Source: Octopus sinensis (Eukaryota). From it: 64,000 bases of DNA. Position 1 is the first letter of the stretch. Each line of letters begins with the position of its first letter. Below the pieces are notes generated by a model that worked only from the letters and a program-made list of their open reading frames with translations, was not told the origin of the DNA and did no database searches. This document shows positions 24,786-36,699 of this stretch, in pieces. The position numbers were made by a program, and so were the translations under genes. The DNA lies in contig NC_043017.1 of assembly GCF_006345805.1 (NCBI RefSeq), positions 14,818,001 to 14,882,000 of the forward strand. Reading direction: 5' to 3'.

Positions 24786-27429
24786 GACTGTTAGAAAGGG
24801 ATTCGTTTAAGGAGTAAATAAGAAGAGGAAGGCCAGAGCTGATGACTTCGCTACAACTCTACAACTGGCAGAAAGAAACGAGGCAGTTCTTTCCACACTT
24901 CAGTTGTGACCAGAATTCATGCAACAGAACGGAATTTCTCTAACAGGTACCCTAACCCAATACGACAGTTTAACAGCACCATCTGGAAATAAGGAATGTT
25001 TGATGTTAAACCATTTCTCACGGCTATTGTTGGGTGCTGTTGCACTTGTTATTTAGCAAAGGACAACCTTAATCGAACAGACATATAACCAAACATTGCA
25101 AGCGTGACCGGTTTGCTCTGGAATATATAGAACTACTTCATTTAATATGTTCTTTTTATATTTAAGAGGGTTCTGATTTGAAGGTGCCAAACTACTTTTC
25201 TCGTATAACTATTCTCTTTGACTAAAACTGACTAGTATAGCGCTATTATATTCAGATAGAGTCAGCGAGAGTATATATCAGTCATAAATGCAGCACGGTC
25301 CCATGAATTTTGCATAACACTGAATAATCTCGATCACCAGTCACTGACAACTGTAAATATCTCTGTTTTGAGTCTCTGCAGCAGTGTTAATCTTCAATCT
25401 CTCCGGCTAACTCTAGGTATCTGCTCGTTTCTTATGGAAGGCCATATTGTACTCTACACAGAGATAATAAGGTAGCCTCTTCTACATGGTCCCTTTATAC
25501 GTTAGAAATAGCAGCAATATTGCCCTGAGATGATATTTAGCACTCTTAAAATGGGACAGGACGCATTGGACAATGAAGCCCTCAATAGAGTGCGACAAAG
25601 ACAAAAATAAAGGTGAGAGGTTCACTGCAGGAATAGTCTTTGGTTACAGAAATCACTGATCGGAACCGAACCCCTGGAAATGAACTGCACCAAATAATCC
25701 CGTTTCCCTTACATCTACCACCACCACTACCACCACCACTACCACTGCTCTGTGATCTATGTGACAGTGTGCATGCGATTGCTAGACATGCTGAAAGTAG
25801 CAGCCAAATCTACATCAAATTAAGTCCTACTCTTGTAAAAAAAAATAAATAAATAAAGAGGCGGTATTCATATTGGAGAGTTTAATTCAAAGCACAGTTT
25901 TCCTGAAAAGAAAACAAAAAGGAAGCCTTTCAACATGAATCTATTCAATTAGAGCTGGCCTGAAACTAACCATTGTTATATATATATATATCCTGATGGT
26001 TCAGACAGGTGTATCATATTCAAGACATATAAATCGACACACAAGATAAACACACAAACCATTTCTACGTGCACATGCACTCAATTCTCCATCCGTGGAA
26101 CACGTGTACCCGAAACCCAGTGACAGCTGGGTAAAAGCATTTTATAGGGAAGTTTATCATAAACACTCGTAAATAATCGAATCATATTGAGGTCGATCAA
26201 ATAGAGAGAGATATTTATTTATAGATTCTCGCACAAATCACTTCACCTCCACACGTACATTTCTATGGGTATGTATTGGCAGTTTTTCGGACAAAACTAT
26301 TGATTTTGCAGCAGGAGAAGCCGACCTTATTTGCTTCATGTCTTGTACAATCCGGTGTGCATCGTCTTTAGATTTCAGAGAGAATAAAATGGATAAATTC
26401 ACGCATGTCTATACATACAAACGCGTGTATATACGGTTGTGACTTTGAGTGCGTACGTGACTGTGTATATAAAGATGTATAGAATCATACTAGCGTTCAC
26501 AAATATATTTCTTGATAAACACACGTGCATACATACACACATACATATATGCATATGTGTGTGTGTGCAAGTGTGTATGTGTGAATGTGTTAGTATACAT
26601 CGATAAAAATTCATAATTTTATGTATACATGAAAAAGTATATCTCTGTAAATATTAGTCGTATGAACATTTACATTTACATAAATTACTGACACGCATAT
26701 GCATAATATAGTCAAATTGGTGCTTGCATTAATTTCACTATATTATACATGTGCGCCCGTACGCGTGCGTGTGTTTGAGTATAAATATGTTTGTTATTCT
26801 AACGAACGAATGAGAAAGCTTTTTTATATCTGGAAGAAAAGTGCTGACTTAATTAGGTCGGCTGAGACTACTACAAGGATCTGTTAGTAGTGGCCTTGCC
26901 ACGGTAATTCTCTAAGCAGCTTGTTGATGTCCAAGCAGCCATCCTGATATTCTAAACTGAAATCCACTTTTAAAATCCTGCTTATAACAACTTCGTAAAC
27001 GGGTTAGAGATGAATGCGTAAAGTAGAAATCTTCAGACGCTTCTGTTGGACTAATTTTTATTCTGTTGCAGTAGTGTGTGTTATGCACTTCCTGCTGGTT
27101 TGATGACAGGAGCCGTGATTTACACACTCATCTATGTTTGAACAGACTAGGAGTATAGCAGTCAGCTGCCGTAACTTCAGCACACTCTATGTATCTCGTT
27201 CAGTAACAGATTTGTATAAATGAATAGAATCAATTTAGGCAACTTTTTAACTTGAAATAGCATAGAAAACAGAAATATTGTTGTAACATTGTCAGTGAAA
27301 TTCAAACACCGCATCGACTGCAAAACGTTTAACTACTTCGCCAAAGGGATGTTACAGATTTGACCGTCCAGATTAGAAGATTTAATCTAAGCAACCCAAA
27401 TCACAAAATTACACATACAGGTTCAGGCT

Positions 27430-27660
27430 TGGCTGTGTCTTAAGAAGTTTGCTTCCCAACCACATGGTTCCAGGTTCAGTCCCACTGCGTGACACCTTCG
27501 GCAAGTATCTTCTACTGTAGTCTCGGGTCGATCAAAGCCTGGTGGGTGGATTTGGTAGAACGCAGACTGAAAGAAGCTTCTCGTATATAAATATATATAT
27601 ATGTGTGTGTGTGTGTGTGTCTTTGAGTTTGTACTTGTCCCCCAATCACCGCTTGACAAC
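27430..27660 (+). mobile_element. SINE family 1, 5' two-thirds
   Basis: ggctgtgtcttaagaagtttgcttcccaaccacatggttccaggttcagtcccactgcgtg...gcttgacaac; truncated at a fold-back. Confidence 0.85.
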
Positions 27661-27684
27661 CGGTGTTGTCAAGCGGTGATAGGG

Positions 27685-27785
27685 ATCAAATGCTGCCGGG
27701 ATCGACCTTACATTCATCCTTTCGGGATCAATAAAATAAACTCTGGGGTCGATTACTGGCCTTGTGCAAAATTTGAAACTAGTTT
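27685..27785 (+). mobile_element. SINE family 2, 3' fragment
   Basis: gatcgaccttacattcatcctttcggga...ctggggtcgat...ggccttgtgc.aaaatttgaaac. Confidence 0.6.
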
Positions 27786-28539
27786 CTTAATGGTCTTTAA
27801 GAAGGAAGGGAAACCGCTATGACCATACTCAGGACCTCGAAGACTGGAGGAAGTCGTTTTGCCTGCACAGTTTCTTGACAATTTACAACAAAGTGGATTC
27901 TGCTAAAAGGACACGGGAGTCAAGTAGGGATCTTAAATTGACCGATGTATTAATTCCCCCAACCTAATCCCTGGAACCATTGCCCTGATTAGATGCAACA
28001 GTTTCCGTTTAAATTTACCCGGATTTGTATATGGTCGACCCAACGATTTTTTGGTTAACTCAAGGGGTCTTTGATAGAAAGACTTTCCTAAGATGCAACA
28101 TAACGAAAATGATCTCCAGACTGCGTAGCTGCGAAGTGAAGTGTTTAACTACATTGTTATACCCATGCCTATATTCATTGGCATGTGTTAAAACCAAAGA
28201 GAGTGTCCAACCCCTCCACAAACCAAGTTGCGGCTGTGTAGTGAAATTAAAACTGAAGGCACGCACAATACAGTCATGTTTGTGTATTGTTGCGTGGGAA
28301 GGAGGTGACATGGTTAGGATTGTTCGCGGGTGGGAGAGAAAAAACACTGTTGCTACTGGACCCTTACGCGGATCATGTTTAGTGTCAGGTATGTGGAAGA
28401 GGGGACAATGAGCAGGAGCATAAGATAGGGCTAGGGTCAAGGGTATGATATAAGGTGAAGGAAGTTGTGCGAGCAAATATACGTATTTGTATTAATGAGT
28501 ATACATTTGTGTATGTACGAATGTATGTTTGTGTGTATG

Positions 28540-28665
28540 TCCATTTCTGTAGAAGAGCGTAGGCTCGAAACGTAAAAGACTTTTTCAATTCCTGACCGTT
28601 GTACTAATACATCTGTTTGTTTTATACACCACCTGTCTTCGTCTTTTGCTTTTTCCGTGAACTTT

Positions 28666-28670
<5 letters not shown>
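28540..28670 (+). mobile_element. Penelope-type terminal repeat with hammerhead-like motif
   Basis: ctgtagaagagcgtaggctcgaaacgtaaaag followed by ...atacatctgtttgttt...accacctgtcttcgtcttttg; a second copy lies at 3877-4030. Confidence 0.6.
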
Positions 28671-28717
<47 letters not shown>

Positions 28718-29199
28718 CTTGCATACATACATGCACACACGCGCGCGTACCTTCGTCAATGTGTTAGTGCTGCATTTTATATTCCGCATATAGCGGTTCA
28801 ACAAATTAGAAATCGATAAAAGATGCACCACATATACGAAACTTTCAAATGTGGACAAACGGGAAGTCAGCAAAAATAGTTGAAAGCAGGGCCACAGCAT
28901 GGCCGCAGTTCACTGACTGAAAGCAATAATAGGATACACACACCACGCACACAGGCAGACAGACAGACACACACACTCACACTCACCCACACACGAACAC
29001 GCGCACTTGTAAGTGTGAGTGTAGTGTTCAGCACAAATAACTTGTTTGTGCGTGAAAAACATAATTATTCTTAAGTTGGTGAAGGGGAAACATTTTGATA
29101 TTGGCAATCTGACAGGTTTTATTCGTTTAAAAAGATAAAAACTTTTTCAATGATAAATACAAAATAATAGTCACAACAACAACAACAACAATAATGGTT

Positions 29200-29404
29200 T
29201 TAAATTTTGGCTCAATCCCGGCAATTTTAGGGAAGGGATAGGTTGATCTCACCGAGCCCGGTGTCTAACTGGTGGTTATTGTATCGACACCGAAACGATG
29301 AAAGGCAAACTCGACTTCGGCTGAATTTGAACTCGGAACGTAAAGATGGACGAAATGCCGCTTAGCATTTTGCCCGGAGTGCCAGCGATTCTGCCAGTTC
29401 GCCG
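29200..29404 (-). mobile_element. SINE family 2 copy
   Basis: gatgaaaggcaaactcgacttcggctgaatttgaactcggaacgtaaagatggacgaaatgccgcttagcattttgcccgg. Confidence 0.85.
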
Positions 29405-29410
29405 ACTTAC

Positions 29411-29411
29411 C

Positions 29412-29464
<53 letters not shown>

Positions 29465-29479
29465 CGATGATAATAATAA

Positions 29480-29526
<47 letters not shown>
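29411..29526. repeat. (AAT)n-(AGT)n compound microsatellite
   Basis: Directly visible. Confidence 0.95.
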
Positions 29527-30589
29527 ACTGAATACAATTCTGATCTAATCCAGTGCAGGTAGACAACTAAGAATAATAGTTGAGTTTGGTGATGAGTGAA
29601 GAAGAGAGGGAGAGAGAAGGGGGAGAGAGATAGAAGAAAAAGAAGAAGAGAGAAACTCTGATATTTAATCGAATTCTTTCTGTTTCTATAGTTAAACGCA
29701 GGTAATTCAATTAAAGCTTGTATTGAAGTTGTATAGTCCAGGTAGGAGGACGAGATTTCCTTTCAATCCATTCATTAGATTTTCTGTAAGAGATACTTCA
29801 AATATAATTATATTCATATTTGTATTAAAACACTAGATTCGGCGGCGCCGAAATTATAGACAAAAATCAGAAAAATTAATTAATTTCTATTAGGAATAAG
29901 AACAAAAATAACAAAGAAATCCTCGTTTAATGACGTTCAAAATTAGCTTCAGAAAGCTGAAGTATATATTTAGCCAGACTGCAGGAGTTTGAATAGCATA
30001 AGTCTTCTCTTGTTATAATTGATGTTAGCGTCATTGGTGAAGATCATCACCATTCTGGCAGGTCGTGGAAACTCACGCAGTTACAGGGAAGAAGAACAAC
30101 TCTTATCACGTGTTTGTGTGTGTGTCAGTGTGTGTCTGTAAGAGTGTGTTTGGGAATTGCATGTGAGGGCGGGTTTGTATGTTTGGAAATTGTGTATGTG
30201 TGCGTGTGTATAAGAGTGTGTGCAAAGGAATAAGCGCATGTATGTGAGAGTAAACATGTGTGCGTGGAAGTGTATGAGCAAGTGTGTCGTGGGGGGATAA
30301 GAGTGTGTGTGCGCGCACATGCTAAAAATGACCCGGAATGTCCAAATAGCCCAGAGCACCTCAGCATGAAAACCACCAAGTCACATTTAATAATATGGCT
30401 GGAATCATCTGACCCTCTTGTTCCTTCCCCAGACCCAGTGCATCCAAAAGGCACATTATACAATGTCCTTTTCTAAATCGGAAGGGTGTAATTTCAGATC
30501 GAATTTACTGCTGTTTCTCGCATGTCGAGCAACCAACTAGAGGTTAATCAACGGTTCCAAATACCTATTCCATATATGGTATTGGGTGC

Positions 30590-30740
30590 GTAAAACATTG
30601 GACAAACTACCTCGTGTTATTTGGTCCTAATTTCTACTCTCGAATTCAAATCTCGTCGAAGTAAACTTTGCGCTTCGTCTCTTTTGTGGTCGATAAATTA
30701 AATGACCAGGCAAGAGCAGAGTGATGCTGGAACAATTGTC
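30590..30740 (+). mobile_element. SINE family 2, decayed
   Basis: gaattcaaatctcgtcgaagtaaactttgc...ggtcgataaatta..accag. Confidence 0.5.
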
Positions 30741-31337
30741 AGAGCGTCGGACTAAATACCTGGTGGTATTCGTTTCCTGTACTGCGTGGTAGACTTCATT
30801 CCTTGGCCAGTTTTAACCCCACCACTCATCTCCAGCTTTACATCTGTCCTGAAGACTGTCCACAGTTTTGGAGACTGAAAAAAAAAATAAAGAGGTTCTC
30901 TTGGTGTTGGGACCCCTTTCCCTGATTTTATGATAAAAACAAAGACAAATAGAAACTCAGGTAATGACTGGTACCTATTTTTATTACCGATCTAATGTGG
31001 AGATATTTTTGAGTGGCTTTTGATCAAAGACGTTCCCACCGTGCCAATGCTATTTTTCTAAATTAGGTTGCAATTATGCAGGATTGAAGAATGTGATTTG
31101 TGAATGATCTGGATGCTATTTCTGCCAGGTCAAGCACCCGTCTACAGGGATATTATTTCTGAACAGTCACTACAATAAAGATATGTTGTACATACAAATG
31201 CTAGGGCCTTAATTTATAGAAAACCATAAATGGGAGAATAGGTCTCATACATATTTCTGAGAGAAAGAGAGAGATGGGTAGATATATAGTTAACTGGATA
31301 GAGATACATGGAGTAATTCTCACTCACATTATATATG

Positions 31338-31390
31338 AGGCGATGCTCCGTCATGGCCGTAGTCAAATGACAAACAAGATAAAAGAATAT
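31338..31390 (+). mobile_element. SINE family 1, isolated 3' tail
   Basis: ggcgatgctccgtcatggccgtagtcaaatgacaaacaagataaaagaa. Confidence 0.6.
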
Positions 31391-32082
31391 ATATATATAT
31401 ATACGTGTATATATGTAGATATGTGTGTGTGCGTAAGTGTGTATATATATATACACATACACACGTATATGTGTGTGTGTGTGTGGGGGACAGAGAAGAG
31501 GAGAAAGTGAAGCCGATACATACAGGAAGGAAAGATTTGCAATTGATGTAGAAATGTTAGTGTATCGAGAGTTCGAACAGTCAGTATTAAATATTGATCG
31601 ATAGAATTTCGTAAAATTTTACTTTTACTGGTTTCAGTTGTTTGTATTTTCTCTCTTTTCACTGAGTTTTGGAATTTGTTGATGAAAGCAGAAAATTACA
31701 GGTTTTATAGGAAATCCTTGACAACAGTTCTGTATAGGAGTGTAGAGGGAGAGAAGTGGAGAAGAACAAACCAAATCGATATTGTCAGGAGAAAAGTCTA
31801 TAAACATCTTATGACGAGATATTTAAGAAGTCAAATATTAATGGAAAGAAAATAATAGAAGCAAAGTAAACGCGAAGAAAACAGCTGGTTAGGAATATAG
31901 AAAGAAAAAGAATTGGCTTTACAAATAGGTCTGGATTTTTGTTACTTTCTCTCATTCTCACCTGACATGCTCACCCATGGAGATATCATAACACTTGGTG
32001 AAAGTGGTTGGGTTGTTTCGCTACGGACGTCGCCAAGTAGGAACAATACCGAGATGATAATAACAATAACAGTAATAATCGT

Positions 32083-32290
32083 TTCTACTGGAGGAACAAG
32101 GCCTCAGATTTGTGGGGAGGGGACTAGTCGATTAGATCGACCCCAGTGTTTCACTGGTACTTCATTTATCGACCCCGAAACGATGAAAGGCAAAGTCGGC
32201 CTCGGCAGAATTTGAACTGAGAACTTAAAGACAGACGAAATACCACTGAGCATCTCGCTCGGTGTGCTAACGATTCTGCCAGCTCGCTGC
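32083..32290 (-). mobile_element. SINE family 2 copy
   Basis: Well-preserved: tagatcgaccccagtgtttcactggtac...aaggcaaagtcggcctcggcagaatttgaact...gattctgccagctcgc. Confidence 0.88.
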
Positions 32291-32308
32291 TTTCATAATA
32301 ATAATAAT

Positions 32309-32548
32309 AGTTTCTATTATAGGCACAAGGCCTGGAATTTGTGGGGGAGGAATAATAATAAAACTTTCTACTAAAGACAAGGGCCTGAAATTTAGGGGAA
32401 GGAGGCTTGTTGGTTACATCGAACCCAGTGCCCAGCTGGTATTTATTTCATCGATCCCGAAAAGGTAAAGGCAACTTCGGCATAAAGACGGACAAAATGC
32501 CTCAAAGCATTTTATCCGGGGTGCTATCGATTCTGCTAGCTCGCTGAC
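32309..32548 (-). mobile_element. SINE family 2 copy (tandem)
   Basis: Same orientation and motifs as 32083-32290. Confidence 0.8.
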
Positions 32549-32609
32549 CTATTTTTTATTAAAACGAAAAAAAAAACAGAAAAGAAAAATCGAATGGCAA
32601 CAACAGCAA

Positions 32610-32745
32610 TAACAATAATTTATGATTTCGGTAGAAAGACGGGATTAGTAAAACACCACCGATCAGAAGACATAAATGGTACTTTATATTATCAACTCCG
32701 AACGGATAAAACGTAAAGTTGACCTCGTCGGTTTTGTACTCGGAA
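32610..32745 (-). mobile_element. SINE family 2, decayed third tandem copy
   Basis: ggtactttatattatcaactccgaacggataaaacgtaaagttgacctcg. Confidence 0.55.
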
Positions 32746-32869
32746 CATGAAGAGCTGAAAGATAAACTGCAAAGCAGTTTCCTCTCATGTGACAATGCAA
32801 ACAGGTTGCCACCTTAAGATGGGGATAAATAAAACATAAAGACACGTGATATGTTGACAACTGTTCAGA

Positions 32870-33020
32870 AGAAACAACCAGAAAGTGATATTGATCGGAT
32901 TGCTCGGAAACGAAAAATGGACGACAAAAAGTTGCAAAGAATGGATAAGAAGCAAAGAGTTCAATCTGGGTCTGAGATTACCAGGGTTCGCTCAGAACAT
33001 GGAAGACTTGGGGAGACACA
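32870..33020 (+). pseudogene. Possible RTE-clade LINE 3' relic
   Basis: IAR...NEKWTTKSCKEWIRSK resembles GHIARM.D.RWTK....W.P of RTE ORF ends; weak. Confidence 0.3.
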
Positions 33021-33457
33021 GCGATCGAGCAAAAGTTTACAAGCCCCCCCCCCCCCGTAAAAATTGTTTTATTTGTTGCGTTGCAATCAAATATTAGTTC
33101 AAATATGGATAACTCACGTCATTGTTTAAATACTAATTATCTATCAATAATCATGTTCGAAAATTGAACTGTTTCGTTAGGAAAGTCATCAGGACATTTC
33201 TCGGGACCACGGGGCATCAAAGGTTCTCGAATACTTAAGAGATTTACTCAAGCTAAGCTGACAAACGTCCATAGTACTCAGCATTAAACTCGAGTAGGAT
33301 GGGTTGGCTCTGTTTCTAAAATGCATGAATGCATAGAAATAACCATTACAAAGAAACATCCACCCAAACTTTAGATTACCCCACTATCCATCCGCGCTAG
33401 ACAGAGGTGGCTGTAGGAGATCATTCAGAATTGAGTAACATTGGTGCAGCTGTTATT

Positions 33458-33459
<2 letters not shown>

Positions 33460-33530
<71 letters not shown>
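33460..33530. repeat. (CT)n microsatellite
   Basis: Directly visible. Confidence 0.95.
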
Positions 33531-33534
<4 letters not shown>

Positions 33535-33650
33535 GTATATAGTAACCCCCCCCCCCAAACAAGATCGAAGAACAAACACAAAAAAAACACAACGCGAATA
33601 CGTGGTACATATAAAGTATTAGCAGATGCCCAAGGAGGGAACGAAAAGTG

Positions 33651-33686
33651 GTGTTACGTTTCGGGCAATGCTCTTCTTCAGAAACA
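33651..33686 (-). ncRNA. Minimal type I hammerhead-ribozyme-like motif
   Basis: Minus strand tgttt CTGAAGA a gagc att gccc GAAAC GT A acac: canonical core and GUA triplet; one mismatch each in stems I and II. Confidence 0.5.
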
Positions 33687-34397
33687 ATCCAACAGAAAAG
33701 GAAGACGGAGGGGAAAAAATCGCCAATGATTCATATGTGGTTATATAAGTGATATCCTAAGAACCAAAAATCAACACGGTTAATCCACTAGAAACAAAGA
33801 CGGTAGCCCAGATTAAACGACTGATTTTTCTTCTATTCCTCAATAATATTCACTATATTGTATTATATTTTACAGGAAACGTTCGTACAATATTAATAAC
33901 ATGACGTCTGCTTTGTCTTTACAGCTTTAAATTTTTACGTATTAATAATTTCGAAACTTCATGTTTTTATAATTTTGTTGTTATATAATTTTACTATTTT
34001 ATCATTTATTTTGTTTACATTTGATCGTTGCTTTTTTTTTTATCAGTAAATAAACGCATAAAAGGTTTGCTACATTCACCCTACTTAGACACGGGAAGTA
34101 AAACATTGTGGCTTGTTCTGAAATCCCAACTGGAAAATACAAGAGAAATTTGTTTCAGTTGGAGGTGCCTTCAATATTACAAAATACGTGACCAAGTTAA
34201 ACCAGTGATTGATATGAGCCATTATAGACGCCGAAGGACAAAAAAAGCCAAACTGTTACTCAACGGAAGTAGTATTCTCTTCCAAAACTTGACAAATATG
34301 TTCGTTTGAAACTAAGAATTTGAGTAACTCTTCTACAATTAATAATAATAATGATAAATAAATGTATATATACATATATAAATTCATATAAGTACAC

Positions 34398-35136
34398 AAA
34401 CCATATCGAACACTTATACACAAAGTATGTGTATTGCCAGTTGGAGAGCAGGCTGCGATTTATAGGCCCGAGAAAAACATTTTCTCGTCAATACGCCTGG
34501 GGTAAAAACGCCCAGAAGTCATCGACAAGTGAGATGACTGAGGCCAGGTACCGGTGCAGGTGTGGTGGATATCAGTGTTTCGTTATCTTTGTAACTTATC
34601 AATACCACAAAACTTATCAGTACCCAAAACGAGTCTAGAACTAAGATAAATCGCTCGCTATGCAAAGCGGAGTGAGGACCACGTGCTGGGATGTCCCAAC
34701 GTTTCATACCGCGGAAAAATTCAAATATGAATATTTTCTCTCATGCCTATAAATCGAAGTCAGCCCATCAACTGGCATACACGTAGCTTGTTTATATTCC
34801 TCGGACCGTTTCTCATTCATATTTGAATTCTTTGCGTGATATGAAACGTTGGGACATACCAACACGTTTCTTACATCACACAGCATATAGTCATGGCGAG
34901 CGATTTAGCTTACGTCTGGCCTAGTTTTGGGTTCAATAAGTCACAAAGATGATGAAACATTAATGTCTACCACTGATACAACGGGATCTGGCCTGAGTTA
35001 TCTCGCTTGTCTATGACTTTTTGCTGTTTTTACACTAGGCGTATTAATGAGAATATTTTCTATCATGCCTATAAATCGCAGCCTGACCACGAACTGGCAA
35101 TACACATACATTGTGCATATGTATTCGATATTGTTT
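34398..35136. mobile_element. Fold-back element, about 740-bp imperfect palindrome
   Basis: Arms 34398-34732 and 34815-35136; perfect 17-bp block 34692-34708 vs 34840-34856; arms alignable by eye throughout. Confidence 0.8.
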
Positions 35137-35176
35137 ATAATCCTCGGGCAGCTTCTCATTCATATTTGAATATATA

Positions 35177-35297
<121 letters not shown>

Positions 35298-36480
35298 CAT
35301 ATAGAGAGACAGACAGACACATATAGAGAGACAGACAGACACATATAGATATACATACATACACATTCACCCCCTTTCGTACGCACCTACACATTTCAAA
35401 CGTAATTTAACTGTTATGTTCATTATCATATTTGTTTATAACCTTTCAGAGGCGTCTGACCTGATCCATGATTATAGCCCAGCTGGAGCAATTATTGCCA
35501 AAACAGTTCCTCATTATTGGCAGCCATCCACATTGTAAACATTGCCTAATTATTGTTATACATAACAGAAAAGTCGAGAACTTTGGCCATCTGGCGGTAA
35601 CTATTCTACATTTAAAGAGATTAATTAATACAATTGTATTTAACAGGCTTATATACGCCATTCCACAGAACAAAAATCGATCTGTTGGCTGTGGAACATA
35701 TTATTAGAAATTGTTTTGCGAGAATTACGGAATATTTTTATACCGTCTGTTATATTATTGCGTAAAATTACTTAAGCAGCAAACTTTTATCGTTTGACCT
35801 AGCATTAATATAGACATTACATGGAAAAAAACAACAACAGGCCTTGTGTCGGTGTGTGTGTTTGTGTACTGTTAAACTCTGTCTGTTTGTCTCTGATCCT
35901 GATCGATCGACGAGGCCTTCAGCTCACTTGCATTATATGCCATGGCGCGATCATTCAGAAGAGGTATTTTTCTTTCCTTTACCAACAGCAAGTAGAGAGG
36001 GAGAGGTTGCTCAACAAGGTGTGGGCGAGAAGAGAGAGAGAGAGAGAGAGAGAAAATGTGAGGCGTAGCAAGAGAGGAGGTGATGGGTGGGAAAGAGGCG
36101 GGAGGAAGATAATTTGCTACATATTCATTGTCCAAATCTAGAAATAGTAGATGGGAATTAAACTAATGAAAAAGCAGCTGGTCTGTCCAGTATTTTCTCG
36201 AGTGTCTCACTTGGTATGAGGTTCCATTCTCTTGCTAAATATTTACATCGACACAATGGAACATACTTTGAATAATCAATCAGAGAATAGTTTGATAAAA
36301 CAATGAAGACGAATACGACCTCCATTAGAGGAGCCTGGCTTTATCAGCTTATAGTCTCACTAGTTCACACCAGGGTCGGATTTCAGAACAAAACCGAAAA
36401 AGCAATTGATTGAAAAATAAAAAAAATGTTTCATATAACTGATTAAAAAGATTGATATATTGATCTTTGTGCATTGATTA

Positions 36481-36575
<95 letters not shown>

Positions 36576-36602
36576 GGATAAAGCAGCAGAAAATTCAACA
36601 AA

Positions 36603-36699
36603 ACCTGTTACTCTGAGTTTCCCGTTGCCGTTCATCGGACAGTTTTTGCTAGAAAATAACTGTCCGATGAACGGCAACGGAAAACTCAGAGTAACAGGT
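36603..36699. ncRNA. 42-bp fold-back whose arms are hammerhead-like motifs
   Basis: Arms 36603-36644 and 36658-36699 are 41/42 complementary around a 13-nt loop. Each arm reads ctgt CCGATGA a cg gcaa cg g (G/A)AAAC tcaga GT A acag. Confidence 0.55.

Noticed and set aside
27820-28480. 128-aa and 138-aa ORFs next to the Penelope-type terminus
   Set aside because: No GIY-YIG or RT motifs recognisable; left unassigned.
33160-33195. Minus-strand CTGATGA...GAAAC spacing like a hammerhead
   Set aside because: Stem II (ctttcctaac) and stem I do not pair convincingly.
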